DNA of 64,000 bases from Candidatus Peregrinibacteria bacterium (GCA_026395515.1 JAPLYN010000006.1:12844-76843), one strand, 5' to 3'; positions 1 to 9,380 are shown, numbered from the stretch's first letter. Notes: generated from the letters alone by a model not told the origin. Program-made: numbers and translations.

Positions 1-972
1 GCTAAACGTCACTACGCACACGTGGATTGTCCAGGACATGCGGATTACGTTAAGAACATGATTACTGGTGCCGCTCAGATGGATGCTGCGATTCTCGTAT
101 GTTCAGCTGCGGATGGTCCAATGCCACAGACTCGTGAACATATCTTGCTTGCTCGTCAGGTTAACGTTCCATACATTGTTGTATTCTTGAACAAAATCGA
201 CGTTGCAGATCCAGAAATCGCTGACCTTTCAGAAATGGAAGTTCGTGAACTTCTTACAAAGAATGGATACCCAGGAGACAAAACTCCAGTTATCCGTGGT
301 TCAGCTCTTAAAGCTCTTGAAAATCCAGATGATGAGACAGCTAGAAAGTGTATCGTTGAACTTTTGGAAACTCTTGATTCATACGTTCCAGATCCAGTTC
401 GTCTTCTCGACAAACCATTCTTGATGTCAGTTGAGGATGTGTTCTCAATCAAAGGACGTGGTACTGTTGCTACAGGAAGAGTTGATCAAGGTATCGTTAA
501 GATCAATGAAGAAGTTGAAATTATCGGTATTCGCCCAACAAGAAAAGTAGTAGTTACTGGTGTTGAAATGTTCCGTAAGCTTCTTGACCAAGGTCAAGCT
601 GGAGACAACGTTGGTCTATTGCTACGTGGTATTGAAAGAGAAGATATTGAAAGAGGTCAGGTTATTGCTAAACCAGGTTCAATCACTCCACATACTAAGT
701 TCGAAGCTGAGGTATATATCCTAACTAAAGACGAAGGTGGCCGTCATACTCCATTCTTCAAAGGATACAAACCACAGTTCTACGTTCGTACAACTTACGT
801 AACTGGTTCAGTAGAATTACCAGCAGACGTAGAGATGGTAATGCCAGGTGATAACATCAAGTTCGTTGTTACTCTTGGAGCTCCTATCGCTCTAGACCTA
901 GCTACACGTTTCGCTATCCGTGAGGGTGGTAGAACAGTAGGTGCCGGAGTTGTATCTAAGATCATTGCTTAG
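1..972 (+). CDS. tuf: Elongation factor Tu (5' end cut by window edge)
   Basis: Frame 1 is open from base 1 ([28 protein letters not shown]...). GTPase motifs DCPGH and NKID are present, and domains II/III run to TAG 970-972. The track start at 22 is an internal GTG. Confidence 0.97.
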   Translation, partial: AKRHYAHVDCPGHADYVKNMITGAAQMDAAILVCSAADGPMPQTREHILLARQVNVPYIVVFLNKIDVADPEIADLSEMEVRELLTKNGYPGDKTPVIRGSALKALENPDDETARKCIVELLETLDSYVPDPVRLLDKPFLMSVEDVFSIKGRGTVATGRVDQGIVKINEEVEIIGIRPTRKVVVTGVEMFRKLLDQGQAGDNVGLLLRGIEREDIERGQVIAKPGSITPHTKFEAEVYILTKDEGGRHTPFFKGYKPQFYVRTTYVTGSVELPADVEMVMPGDNIKFVVTLGAPIALDLATRFAIREGGRTVGAGVVSKIIA

Positions 973-996
973 TTGCAAAGTTAAAACTCACAAATT

Positions 997-1056
997 AAAA
1001 ATCCCTGAGCAGAAGCGAGTGTCCGAGAGGACCGCCTAAGCCCGGGGATTTTTTTA
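997..1056. terminator. Probable bidirectional intrinsic terminator between tuf (+) and the convergent 145-aa ORF (-)
   Basis: Outer stem ATCCC (1001-1005) / GGGAT (1045-1049) with an inner GTCC-GAGA-GGAC hairpin (1021-1032). An A-run lies upstream and TTTTTTT downstream, so both strands see a hairpin followed by a U-run. Confidence 0.55.
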
Positions 1057-1080
1057 AACAAAAATAATTAGAAACAAAAA

Positions 1081-1518
1081 CTACCCAATAGGAAAACCAA
1101 CTTCATCCATAGCCAACTCAACTGTCTTCGCCATTTCACCATTCAACTCAGCAGCAGCCGTCCCAGCATTTGCAAAATCTGGAACAGAAGATCTAGGATT
1201 TGGATTCTCAAAAGCAGCTAATGGAATTTCAGCATTCAAACGTTGACTACTATAATATGGTCTAAAACCTTGAAGGAATAATAGTTCACTCAAAGCCCAA
1301 GAACGTTGTTCACCATTAATCCATTTAGGACCATACTGTTCAGGATTCAAATTACTAATCTCCACTTTTCCAGTCTCTTGATTTAAAGAAACTTGCACTC
1401 CTTCCGTATCCCATGCTTTTCCATCCCCGGAAAGCCTATCCCCAAAAGCCTTTTGTAAAAAATTACCAACATCTGCAGCAGTAAACTCCCTACCTTCATC
1501 CAATCCCTCAATAGACAT
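1081..1518 (-). CDS. Hypothetical protein, 145 aa, no motif recognised
   Basis: Long minus-strand ORF, third gene of a three-ORF minus-strand block inserted between tuf and rpsJ. No competing ORF. Confidence 0.55.
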   Translation of the reverse strand: MSIEGLDEGREFTAADVGNFLQKAFGDRLSGDGKAWDTEGVQVSLNQETGKVEISNLNPEQYGPKWINGEQRSWALSELLFLQGFRPYYSSQRLNAEIPLAAFENPNPRSSVPDFANAGTAAAELNGEMAKTVELAMDEVGFPIG

Positions 1519-1573
1519 AAATAAAAAATTAAAGATTAAACAATAAACAGTATATTACGGATCAAATAATTAT

Positions 1574-2104
1574 CTACCCCCTAATTCCTTCAGTCCCCTC
1601 TTTCACACCCTTAGCTACACGACGAATTTCTGGAGATTTTATTCCTTCCTGAGCTCTTCTTGCATCCCTGTAATCAGTTAAAGAAAATTCCACCAAAAAC
1701 CAGTTTTGCCCTATATCTAAATTAATAGAGCTAATCCCCAATACCGATTTTACCTCCTCCAAAGGGAAAGACTCTCTCACATCTCTAATTTTCCCCATAG
1801 ATCCAGCCACAGATACCTTGCCAGTTATATCAATAGATACCTTAGGCAAACCACTCTTTGACTTATCAACAACACCAATTTCATGTAATAACCCAATAAC
1901 CCTTTGACCAATATGTTGCCCAAGTTTAGCATCAATAGGAGCCAATTCCTCCCTTTCTCTTATAGCTCTTTCTGCTAATTCAGCATCAGTCATTGCCTCC
2001 AAAAAAGCATCTCTCAACAACTTTGTATCATCATGCTCAATCATAAAATAAAAAATATTATTAAATTCGATGGTCCATTGTAACACTTCAGTGGCAACTG
2101 TCAA
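1574..2104 (-). CDS. Hypothetical protein, 176 aa (or 156 aa from ATG at 2044)
   Basis: The TTG start at 2104 lies 4 nt after the TGA (2109-2111) of the upstream ORF, which suggests translational coupling. An alternative ATG sits at 2044. No motif recognised. Confidence 0.55.
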   Translation of the reverse strand: MTVATEVLQWTIEFNNIFYFMIEHDDTKLLRDAFLEAMTDAELAERAIREREELAPIDAKLGQHIGQRVIGLLHEIGVVDKSKSGLPKVSIDITGKVSVAGSMGKIRDVRESFPLEEVKSVLGISSINLDIGQNWFLVEFSLTDYRDARRAQEGIKSPEIRRVAKGVKEGTEGIRG

Positions 2105-2108
2105 CCAT

Positions 2109-2588
2109 TCATACGTTATTCCTCACCGCATCTCTCAACTCAGAGTTTACAGCCCCTCTAATTTCTCCAGTCACACCATCTAAAACCATCTCTAAAAAAT
2201 CAATATTCACATGTACTTCAGTCAAAAAATTACCCTTAGGCACAACTAGCTTAACCACCGGCCCAATCGCATTAAAAGCCTTTATGATTTCCGGACTAAA
2301 GAGAAAACCTTTCATCACCAACTTTCCATCTTTCATAGACAAAATAGGACCCGGTCTGACCACCGGGATTTTACATTGATCGAGGAATCGCATCACCAAA
2401 TTATCCAATTTTTCCATAGCAGCTAGTACATCAGGACTATCAAAATTTCTTGCTTCTCTATATAACTGCAACGCATCCAAATCTTTTACAGCGGCAACAC
2501 TTTTATCCATTAATACTGAGGAAAAACCGGTAACAACAGCTTCAACACCACTACTTCTGGCTTCAACTCCAGCAAAATCCTCACTCAT
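2109..2588 (-). CDS. Hypothetical protein, 159 aa, no motif recognised
   Basis: ATG-initiated ORF, first gene of the minus-strand three-ORF block. Confidence 0.55.
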   Translation of the reverse strand: MSEDFAGVEARSSGVEAVVTGFSSVLMDKSVAAVKDLDALQLYREARNFDSPDVLAAMEKLDNLVMRFLDQCKIPVVRPGPILSMKDGKLVMKGFLFSPEIIKAFNAIGPVVKLVVPKGNFLTEVHVNIDFLEMVLDGVTGEIRGAVNSELRDAVRNNV

Positions 2589-2682
2589 ATTTAAATATAA
2601 TTATTGAAATTTTGTGAGAGGCACTATACCAGATACCCACCAAAAAGCAATACCCCCCTATATCTGATAAATCCATAAAAAT

Positions 2683-2711
2683 TTGACATTCGACTAATCA
2701 ATCTATATAAA
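2683..2711 (+). promoter_or_regulatory. Sigma70-like promoter of the S10 cluster
   Basis: TTGACA (2683-2688), a 17-nt spacer, then TATAAA (2706-2711). It lies ~160 nt upstream of rpsJ. Confidence 0.55.
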
Positions 2712-2819
2712 GACACTACAAAATTGATTTTCTGCTTTTAGAGAATCACTCGAGGACAACCACTCGGGACAGCTCAAAGAATTGTATCTCTCGCCTACTT
2801 GGCGTGATATCAAATTTAT

Positions 2820-2847
2820 AACCGAGCTGTAAAATCTCGGTTTTTTT
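2820..2847 (+). terminator. Intrinsic terminator inside the rpsJ leader (candidate attenuator)
   Basis: AACCGAG (2820-2826), a 9-nt loop, CTCGGTT (2836-2842), then a T-run to 2847. It sits 25 nt before the rpsJ ATG and downstream of the predicted promoter. Confidence 0.6.
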
Positions 2848-2872
2848 AAATTTTATTTAACCCATTATAAAA

Positions 2873-3193
2873 ATGGCTTCAAAGCAAAAAATCCGTATCA
2901 AAATCAAGTCTTTCGACCACAAAGTGATCGACGAGACAGCAAAACTTATTATTGATAACGCAGTAAGAACAGGCGCCATCGTTGCTGGTCCTATTCCACT
3001 TCCTACAAAGATCGACAGATTCACAGTTCTTAAATCTACTTTCGTACATAAAAACGCTCGTGAACAGTTCGAAATGAGAACTCACGCTCGTCTTATTGAT
3101 ATTACTGAAAGCACCCCACATACTATTGAGACTCTATCAAGCTTGAGTCTTCCAGCAGGTGTTGAGATTGAAATTAAAATGTTGCAGAGCTAA
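2873..3193 (+). CDS. rpsJ: 30S ribosomal protein S10
   Basis: [20 protein letters not shown]..., 106 aa, first gene of the S10 cluster. Confidence 0.95.
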   Translation: MASKQKIRIKIKSFDHKVIDETAKLIIDNAVRTGAIVAGPIPLPTKIDRFTVLKSTFVHKNAREQFEMRTHARLIDITESTPHTIETLSSLSLPAGVEIEIKMLQS

Positions 3194-3249
3194 TTGTATA
3201 GGTCAATAGTTGGCTTTCATAAGCCTTAAAGTAATTTCTTTATTTTCTA

Positions 3250-3278
3250 TTGACTATCCAAAAGCTCGTCTGTATATT
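3250..3278 (+). promoter_or_regulatory. Internal sigma70-like promoter in the rpsJ-rplC spacer
   Basis: TTGACT (3250-3255), a 17-nt spacer, then TATATT (3273-3278). Confidence 0.45.
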
Positions 3279-3381
3279 CTAACGGCATTTTGATTAATGC
3301 ACGTTAATAACTCTCTGAACGGGTTTCAAATCTTTTCAGGGCACAATCCCCTAAGTGGGATGACTTAACCTCTACAAACAT

Positions 3382-3963
3382 ATGTCAGGTATTCTAGGTA
3401 AAAAATTAGGCATGACTCGCATCTTCCAAGATGACGGCCGCGTGATCCCAGTAACTGTTGTACAGTGTGAACCAAACGAAATCACACAAGTAAAGACAGT
3501 AGAAAGAGATGGATATCCGGCGTTAGTCCTAGGTTTTTCCAAATTGAAAAAGCCTACAAAGACTCAGAAATTCAGCTTTGTGAAAGAATTTAGAATCCCA
3601 GCTGCAGACGTTGCTAATTACAAAATTGGAGACGCCGTAACGGTTGAGGTATTAGAAGGAAGCAAAATCGTAACTGTAACTGGCTACTCTAAGGGTAAAG
3701 GTTTCCAAGGTGTAATCCGCCGTTGGGGATTCCATGGAGGTCCAGGAGGTCACGGTTCATTGCACCACAGAGAACCAGGTTCATCTGGTTGCCGTGCTAA
3801 GCCGGGTAGAGTACAAAAGGGTAAGAAATATCCTGGTCACCAAGGTTTAGATCGTAAGACTGAGAAGAAAACATTGGTAACTGTTGATAAAGAGAAAAAT
3901 ATTATTCTTATCAAGGGAGCACTTCCAGGACCAAATGGTGGACTAATTCAAATCTGCAAATAA
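3382..3963 (+). CDS. rplC: 50S ribosomal protein L3
   Basis: MSGILGKKLGMTRIF... canonical L3 N-terminus, with conserved gene order. Confidence 0.95.
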   Translation: MSGILGKKLGMTRIFQDDGRVIPVTVVQCEPNEITQVKTVERDGYPALVLGFSKLKKPTKTQKFSFVKEFRIPAADVANYKIGDAVTVEVLEGSKIVTVTGYSKGKGFQGVIRRWGFHGGPGGHGSLHHREPGSSGCRAKPGRVQKGKKYPGHQGLDRKTEKKTLVTVDKEKNIILIKGALPGPNGGLIQICK

Positions 3964-3970
3964 ATAAATT

Positions 3971-4606
3971 ATGAAAATAGACTTATACACACAAGCAGGA
4001 GAGAAGAACGGAACTTTAGAGCTTCCAAAAGAAATCTTTGAAGTACCATTCAATAAAGATTTGATTCACCAAGCTTTAGTAAGACAACTTGCTAACGGCC
4101 GTGTTGCTATCGCTCACGCTAAGAGTAAAGGAGAAGTTAGAGGTGGTGGACGCAAACCTCTTGCTCAGAAACATACTGGTAATGCTCGTCAGGGTTCTAT
4201 CAGAAATCCACATATGAAAGGTGGTGGTGTTGCATTCGGTCCAAGAAACGTTAGAAATTTCGAATTAATGATGCCAAAGAATCAACGTCGTAAAGCTCTA
4301 TTCTCTGCTTTATCAGCAAAGGCTAAGGCTAACGAAGTTATGGCTCTAGAAGGTTACGAGACAAAAGCTCCAAAGACAAAAGAATTCGCAGCTTTACTTA
4401 AGAAACTCCCAATCGAACAAGACGTACTTATCGTTCTTCCAGCAAAAAACGTAAATATTCAGAAAGCTACGGCTAATCTAGCTAACGCTAAGACTATCTG
4501 CGCTGGTTACATCAATATACAAGATCTACAAAAATACCAGAAAGTTCTTATCTTCAAGGATGCAGTAGCAAAATTGAAAGAAGTATTTCTTGGCGCTAAA
4601 AAATAA
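3971..4606 (+). CDS. rplD: 50S ribosomal protein L4
   Basis: L4-like sequence (..HAKSKGEVRGGGRKP..QKHTGNARQGS..), positioned after rplC. Confidence 0.93.
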   Translation: MKIDLYTQAGEKNGTLELPKEIFEVPFNKDLIHQALVRQLANGRVAIAHAKSKGEVRGGGRKPLAQKHTGNARQGSIRNPHMKGGGVAFGPRNVRNFELMMPKNQRRKALFSALSAKAKANEVMALEGYETKAPKTKEFAALLKKLPIEQDVLIVLPAKNVNIQKATANLANAKTICAGYINIQDLQKYQKVLIFKDAVAKLKEVFLGAKK

Positions 4607-4608
4607 TT

Positions 4609-4914
4609 ATGAAAACTAATTCACCTATCATCGAAGCTTTGGTAACTGAAAAGAGTTCAGTAGCACAAAGTACCGGCAAATATTCATTCGTCGTTACTAA
4701 AGACGCTACTAAAATCGATATCAAAAACGCTGTAAAAAAGCTTTATGGTATGGATGTAGCGAGCGTAAATATGATGATTAGTCCTAAGAAAACACGTCTT
4801 TTGAAAGGAAAGTATGTATGGGCTAAGAGACCAGCTTTCAAGAAGGCAGTTGTTACTCTCAAAGGAAAGAAAACTATGGATCCAAGTAAATTTAAAGAAC
4901 CTAAAGCAAAATAA
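4609..4914 (+). CDS. rplW: 50S ribosomal protein L23
   Basis: 101 aa, L23-like (..KYSFVVTKDATKIDIKNAVKKLYG..), with conserved position. Confidence 0.92.
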   Translation: MKTNSPIIEALVTEKSSVAQSTGKYSFVVTKDATKIDIKNAVKKLYGMDVASVNMMISPKKTRLLKGKYVWAKRPAFKKAVVTLKGKKTMDPSKFKEPKAK

Positions 4915-4917
4915 TAT

Positions 4918-5751
4918 ATGGCGCTAAAGAAATTCAAACCAGTAACTCCAGGACGTAGACAAATGACTATGGCGTCATTTGAAGAAATTACTACTAATGA
5001 ACCAGAGAAATCTTTAATTAAGATTTTGAAGAGACATTCAGGTAGAAACAATTCTGGTCAAATCACTTGCAGACATCGTGGTGGTGGTGAAAAGAAATTT
5101 TACCGCATCATCGACTTTAAGGGTGGTACAGACAAGTTGAATATGGAAGCTAAGGTACAAACTATTGAGTACGATCCATACCGCACTTGCTACATTATGC
5201 TTTTGAACTACAAGGATGGTGAAAAGAGATACCAAATTGCTCCTTTAGAAGTAAAGGTTGGAGACGAGATCGTTGCTAAGGAAAGAGGAAAGGTAAAACC
5301 AGGTAACCGTATGCAAGTTAAACATATTCCGATTGGTTTCAGTATGTACAATATTGAACTTAAACCTGGAAAAGGTGGACAAATGGGACGCAGCGCAGGA
5401 GCTAGCATCAAGTTAGTTTCTCTCGAAGGAGAATACGCTCAGATCCAAATGCAATCTGGTGAAGTGAGACTTATCAGCAAAGAATGTTACGCTAGCGTTG
5501 GACAGGTTGGAAATATCGACCACAACAATATCGTTTACGGTACAGCTGGTAGAAGACGTCATATGGGATGGAAGCCAACAGTAGCGGGTTCAGCAATGAT
5601 TCCGAAAGACCATCCACATGGAGGTGGTAAGGGACATACATCTATCGGTCTTATTCATCCAAAAACTCCTTGGGGTATGCCAGCACTTGGCTACAAGACT
5701 CGTACAAGGAAATATACAGATCGTATGATTGTTAAGGACAGAAGAAGATAA
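4918..5751 (+). CDS. rplB: 50S ribosomal protein L2
   Basis: MALKKFKPVTPGRR..., RHRGGGEKKFYR and HPHGGGKG motifs. Confidence 0.97.
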   Translation: MALKKFKPVTPGRRQMTMASFEEITTNEPEKSLIKILKRHSGRNNSGQITCRHRGGGEKKFYRIIDFKGGTDKLNMEAKVQTIEYDPYRTCYIMLLNYKDGEKRYQIAPLEVKVGDEIVAKERGKVKPGNRMQVKHIPIGFSMYNIELKPGKGGQMGRSAGASIKLVSLEGEYAQIQMQSGEVRLISKECYASVGQVGNIDHNNIVYGTAGRRRHMGWKPTVAGSAMIPKDHPHGGGKGHTSIGLIHPKTPWGMPALGYKTRTRKYTDRMIVKDRRR

Positions 5752-5769
5752 AAACATTAACTCACCAAT

Positions 5770-6069
5770 ATGAGCAGAAGTAGCAAAAAAGGACCATATT
5801 TAGACCCAAAACTTATTAAAAAAGTTGAAGCGATGAATAACTCTGGTCAGAAGAAACCAATTAAGACATGGATGAGAAGTTCAGATATTAGTCCAGAATT
5901 CGTAGGACACACATTCGCTGTTCACAACGGAAAACAATTTATCCCAGTATTCGTAACTGAAAATATGGTTGGCCACAAACTTGGAGAATTCGCTCCAACA
6001 AAGACATTCCGTGGTCACGGTGGTAAGCTCGCTAAAGGCGACGCTCCGGCCCCAGCAGCAGGCGGCTAA
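5770..6069 (+). CDS. rpsS: 30S ribosomal protein S19
   Basis: [15 protein letters not shown]...HNGKQFIPV...[13 protein letters not shown], with a short Ala/Pro/Gly C-terminal tail. Confidence 0.95.
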   Translation: MSRSSKKGPYLDPKLIKKVEAMNNSGQKKPIKTWMRSSDISPEFVGHTFAVHNGKQFIPVFVTENMVGHKLGEFAPTKTFRGHGGKLAKGDAPAPAAGG

Positions 6070-6122
6070 TCCCCCGCAAATCGTTGAAGAAAATAATAAC
6101 TACTCAAATTTAATCTGTAATC

Positions 6123-6524
6123 ATGAAAGCAATCCTAAGACAAGTTAGAATCTCCTGCAAGAAAGCGGCTTTAGTAGCTGACCTTGTTCGCAACAGAAAA
6201 GTTGAGGATGCTCTCAATATTCTAAGATTTACAACAAAGAAAGCGGCTCCACTTATCAGAAAAGTAATAGTAGCAGCTGCAGCAAACGCAGAAAACAATT
6301 TCAAACAAGACCAAGATAATTTATACGTAAAAGAAGTGGTAGTAACAGAAGGATCAACATTAAAGAGAGGTGTTAAGATCTCTCGTGGTCGTTCTCATCC
6401 TATCCTTAAGAGATGTGCTCATATCTCAGTAACACTCGAGAGCAGAGGAGGAAGCACAAAATCTGCAAAGGTATCTCCAGATACGACTGAAATCAAAGTT
6501 AAGAAACCTAAATCTAAAAAATAA
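6123..6524 (+). CDS. rplV: 50S ribosomal protein L22
   Basis: MKAILRQVRISCKKAALVADLVRNRKVEDALNIL..., with conserved position. Confidence 0.95.
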   Translation: MKAILRQVRISCKKAALVADLVRNRKVEDALNILRFTTKKAAPLIRKVIVAAAANAENNFKQDQDNLYVKEVVVTEGSTLKRGVKISRGRSHPILKRCAHISVTLESRGGSTKSAKVSPDTTEIKVKKPKSKK

Positions 6525-6537
6525 CAATTTCACCCCT

Positions 6538-7218
6538 ATGGGTCACAAAGTAAACCCAAAAGTAATCAGACTCGGTATAACCCATGATTGGAATACTAAG
6601 TGGTATGCAGGAAAGCATACATTCAGCAAACTATTTCACCAAGACTTATCTATTGAGAAATTGATTTTCAAGAATCTCGATGCAGAAGGTCTAGGTAAAA
6701 TTGAAATCATGAGAACTCAGGGTAAAGTAATTATCAACGTTCATACATCTAAGCCTGGTGTTATCATCGGTCACGGTGGAGAAGTTATCGAGAAATTGAA
6801 AGCGGCTTTAGCAAAAGAATTCAAAGAGACATTCGTTATAAATATTAAAGAGATTAAGAAACCGATGTTGGACGCTAAGATCGTTGCTGACAATATTGCG
6901 AGACAGGTTGAAAAGAGAATTTCATATCGTCGTGCAGCTAAAATGGCTATCGACAAAATTCTTGAGGCTGGAGCTCTAGGAGCGAAAGTTTACCTAGGAG
7001 GAAGGTTGAATGGAGTTGAAATCTCACGCAGTGAATTCTTCAGCAAGGGTAAGATCCCTTTACATACATTCCGTGCTGATATAGATTATGCATCTGTTCC
7101 CGCTTTTACAGCTTATGGAAAAATCGGTATCAAATGCTGGATCTACAAAGGTAATGTCTTCAAAAAAGACTTAACAGACAGAATGACTGCAACTCTAGAA
7201 GAAATTAAACAAGCTTAA
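6538..7218 (+). CDS. rpsC: 30S ribosomal protein S3
   Basis: MGHKVNPKVIRLGI..W..KWYA, KH-domain S3 signature. Confidence 0.96.
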   Translation: MGHKVNPKVIRLGITHDWNTKWYAGKHTFSKLFHQDLSIEKLIFKNLDAEGLGKIEIMRTQGKVIINVHTSKPGVIIGHGGEVIEKLKAALAKEFKETFVINIKEIKKPMLDAKIVADNIARQVEKRISYRRAAKMAIDKILEAGALGAKVYLGGRLNGVEISRSEFFSKGKIPLHTFRADIDYASVPAFTAYGKIGIKCWIYKGNVFKKDLTDRMTATLEEIKQA

Positions 7219-7220
7219 AA

Positions 7221-7640
7221 ATGTTACAACCAAAGAAGCAAAAATATAGAAAAGCGCATAGAGGTAGATCTGATACTAAAGGTATTTCTTACCGCGGTAC
7301 TCAGCTCAGCTTCGGAACTTATGGTTTAAAAGCTATCAGCTCAGGAGAAATCTCAGCACGTCAGATCGAAGCAGCTCGTCGTTGTATGAGCAGATACGTA
7401 GAACGTGGAGGCAAGATTTGGATCAACATTTTCCCACACAAACCACTTACTAAGAAAGCAGCGGAAGTTCCGATGGGTTCAGGTAAAGGTTCCCCAGAAT
7501 TATTCGTTTGTCCTATCAAGCCTGGAAGAATTATATTTGAGATGGAAGGTGTGGATCTAAAGACTGCAAAAGAAGCTATGAGATTAGCCGGTCATAAACT
7601 CCCAGTAGTATGTAAATTTGTTAACGGTAACGACTTATAA
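7221..7640 (+). CDS. rplP: 50S ribosomal protein L16
   Basis: MLQPKKQKYRKAHRGR...GKIWINIFPHKPLTKK. Confidence 0.96.
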   Translation: MLQPKKQKYRKAHRGRSDTKGISYRGTQLSFGTYGLKAISSGEISARQIEAARRCMSRYVERGGKIWINIFPHKPLTKKAAEVPMGSGKGSPELFVCPIKPGRIIFEMEGVDLKTAKEAMRLAGHKLPVVCKFVNGNDL

Positions 7641-7643
7641 TAT

Positions 7644-7835
7644 ATGAAAACTCAAGAAGAATTACTAAAATTAGACGCTAAGAAATTGAGTGAAGAACTA
7701 TCTCAATTGCAACATGACCTCGTTAGACTAGACTTCAGTGTCAAAAACGGTCAGGCAAAAGATACTCACATGTTGAAAGAGACAAGAAAGCAAATCGCTA
7801 GAGTTCAGACTATCATTAATTCACCAAAAGCCTAA
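7644..7835 (+). CDS. rpmC: 50S ribosomal protein L29
   Basis: 63 aa, helical, positioned between rplP and rpsQ. Confidence 0.9.
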   Translation: MKTQEELLKLDAKKLSEELSQLQHDLVRLDFSVKNGQAKDTHMLKETRKQIARVQTIINSPKA

Positions 7836-7845
7836 TTTAAACAAT

Positions 7846-8103
7846 ATGAGAGTAAAAAAAGGTACAGTTAGCAGCAATAAACAGACTAAGACCTTGGTGG
7901 TAGTAGTAAATACTTACAAGAACCATCCAAAATATAAGAAGAGATTCTTGGTTTCTAAAAAATTCCATGTTCACAATCCTGAAGATACAAAATTCGAGCT
8001 TGGAACAGAAGTAACTTTCTACGAAACACGCCCACTCAGCAAACTAAAGAAATGGACACTGGAGAAACCAGTAGCAAAAGAAACTACTAAAGTAACTAAA
8101 TAA
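7846..8103 (+). CDS. rpsQ: 30S ribosomal protein S17
   Basis: 85 aa, ..[19 protein letters not shown]...HNPEDT...RPLSK.K.W. Confidence 0.92.
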   Translation: MRVKKGTVSSNKQTKTLVVVVNTYKNHPKYKKRFLVSKKFHVHNPEDTKFELGTEVTFYETRPLSKLKKWTLEKPVAKETTKVTK

Positions 8104-8105
8104 CA

Positions 8106-8474
8106 ATGATTCAATTCGGAACAAATCTAAAGGTTGTAGATAACACTGGTGCTAAAATGGCCAGAGTAATCAAAGTTCTTGGAGCTACTAGAGCTCGTTA
8201 CGCTCACCTCGGACAAGTTGTCGTTGTTTCAATCAAGGAAGCAAGTCCACGTGGTATCGTAAGAAAGAAGAGCGTTGAAAGAGCTGTTATCGTTCGTCAG
8301 GTTAGAGAGTATCACCGTGATGATGGTTCATGTATTAGCTTCGATGACAACGCTGTTGTAATCGTTGATAAAGATTCTCAACCAAAAGGAAGTCGTGTAT
8401 TCGGTCCAGTAGCTAGAGAGTTACGCGAAACAGGTTTCCAGAAAATTATTTCTCAAGCAACTGAAGTATTATAA
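8106..8474 (+). CDS. rplN: 50S ribosomal protein L14
   Basis: [17 protein letters not shown]..., 122 aa. Confidence 0.97.
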   Translation: MIQFGTNLKVVDNTGAKMARVIKVLGATRARYAHLGQVVVVSIKEASPRGIVRKKSVERAVIVRQVREYHRDDGSCISFDDNAVVIVDKDSQPKGSRVFGPVARELRETGFQKIISQATEVL

Positions 8475-8482
8475 ACAACAAT

Positions 8483-8806
8483 ATGAAGCTAAAAAATAAC
8501 GACCAAGTAGTAGTCATTGCCGGAAAAGAAAAAGGCAAAAAAGGTAAAATTACCAAAATCTTAAGCAAACAAGAGAGAATTGTTGTAGAGAAATTAAACA
8601 TTCGTACAAAACATATTAAGAAGAGCCAAGGAAGAGCAGGAGAAAGAGTTCAGTTCGAAGCTCCTATGCATATTTCTAACGTAATGTTACTTTGCCCAAA
8701 TTGCGAAAAGATGACTCGCGTTGGATACAAGAAACTTACAACAGGCAAGAAGCAACGTATTTGCAAGAAATGTAAAGAATCAATCGATAAAGAATCTAAG
8801 AAATAA
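8483..8806 (+). CDS. rplX: 50S ribosomal protein L24 (with a CxxC...CxxC motif)
   Basis: KOW motif (VVVIAGKEKGKKGKI), with conserved position. The C-terminal half carries CPNC..(19 aa)..CKKC. Confidence 0.92.
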   Translation: MKLKNNDQVVVIAGKEKGKKGKITKILSKQERIVVEKLNIRTKHIKKSQGRAGERVQFEAPMHISNVMLLCPNCEKMTRVGYKKLTTGKKQRICKKCKESIDKESKK

Positions 8807-8812
8807 CATACC

Positions 8813-9373
8813 ATGACAAAAGCAGTAGACTTACAAACCAAGTTCAAGAAAGAGATTGCTCCAAAGCTTAAAGAAGTATTGGGCATCAAGAGTGTTATGG
8901 CTGTGCCAAGAGTAACTAGAATTACAATCAATTCTGGTATCGGTACATACACAAAGACTCACAACAAAGACTATTCAAACATTGTTGAGAACATTACTAA
9001 GATCAGCGGTCAGAAACCAATCGTTACTAGAGCTAAGAAAGCGATTTCTAACTTCAAGATCAAGCAGAATGAGCCAATGGGTGTGGTAGTAACTTTGAGA
9101 GGCAAAAGAATGTATGACTTCCTTAATAAGTTAGTAAATATCGTTTTCCCACGTGTTAGAGATTTCCGTGGTATCTCTCCTAGAGCTTTCGACGGCAGAG
9201 GTAACTACAATGTAGGTTTTAAGGAACACATTGTTTTCCCAGAAATCAGTCCAGACGATGTTATTAAATTGCACGGTCTTGAAGTAAATATCACTACTAC
9301 TGCAAAAGATAACAAAGAAGGATACGAACTATTAAAAGCATTAGGATTCCCATTCAATAAACCACTAAAATAA
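8813..9373 (+). CDS. rplE: 50S ribosomal protein L5
   Basis: 186 aa, ..[13 protein letters not shown]...FPE.., with conserved position. Confidence 0.95.
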   Translation: MTKAVDLQTKFKKEIAPKLKEVLGIKSVMAVPRVTRITINSGIGTYTKTHNKDYSNIVENITKISGQKPIVTRAKKAISNFKIKQNEPMGVVVTLRGKRMYDFLNKLVNIVFPRVRDFRGISPRAFDGRGNYNVGFKEHIVFPEISPDDVIKLHGLEVNITTTAKDNKEGYELLKALGFPFNKPLK

Positions 9374-9380
9374 TTCACAG

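Noticed and set aside
156-452. Many 60-150-aa ORFs antisense to, or frame-shifted within, clearly identified genes. Examples: 156-452, 2879-3121, 4743-5051, 16386-16870, 20159-20608, 21671-22096, 22576-22929, 28008-34616 plus-strand ORFs across the pyr operon, 50849-51322, 55499-56708 and 61480-62928.
   Set aside because: Each is fully embedded in a longer ORF whose product has strong family signatures. Their products are low-complexity or mirror-frame artefacts with no motifs.
778-810. EF-Tu reads ..[10 protein letters not shown].. where most EF-Tu sequences have ..RTTDVTG..
   Set aside because: A single-residue deviation in an otherwise canonical, intact tuf gene. It cannot be distinguished from natural variation or a sequencing error, and nothing else about the gene is unusual.
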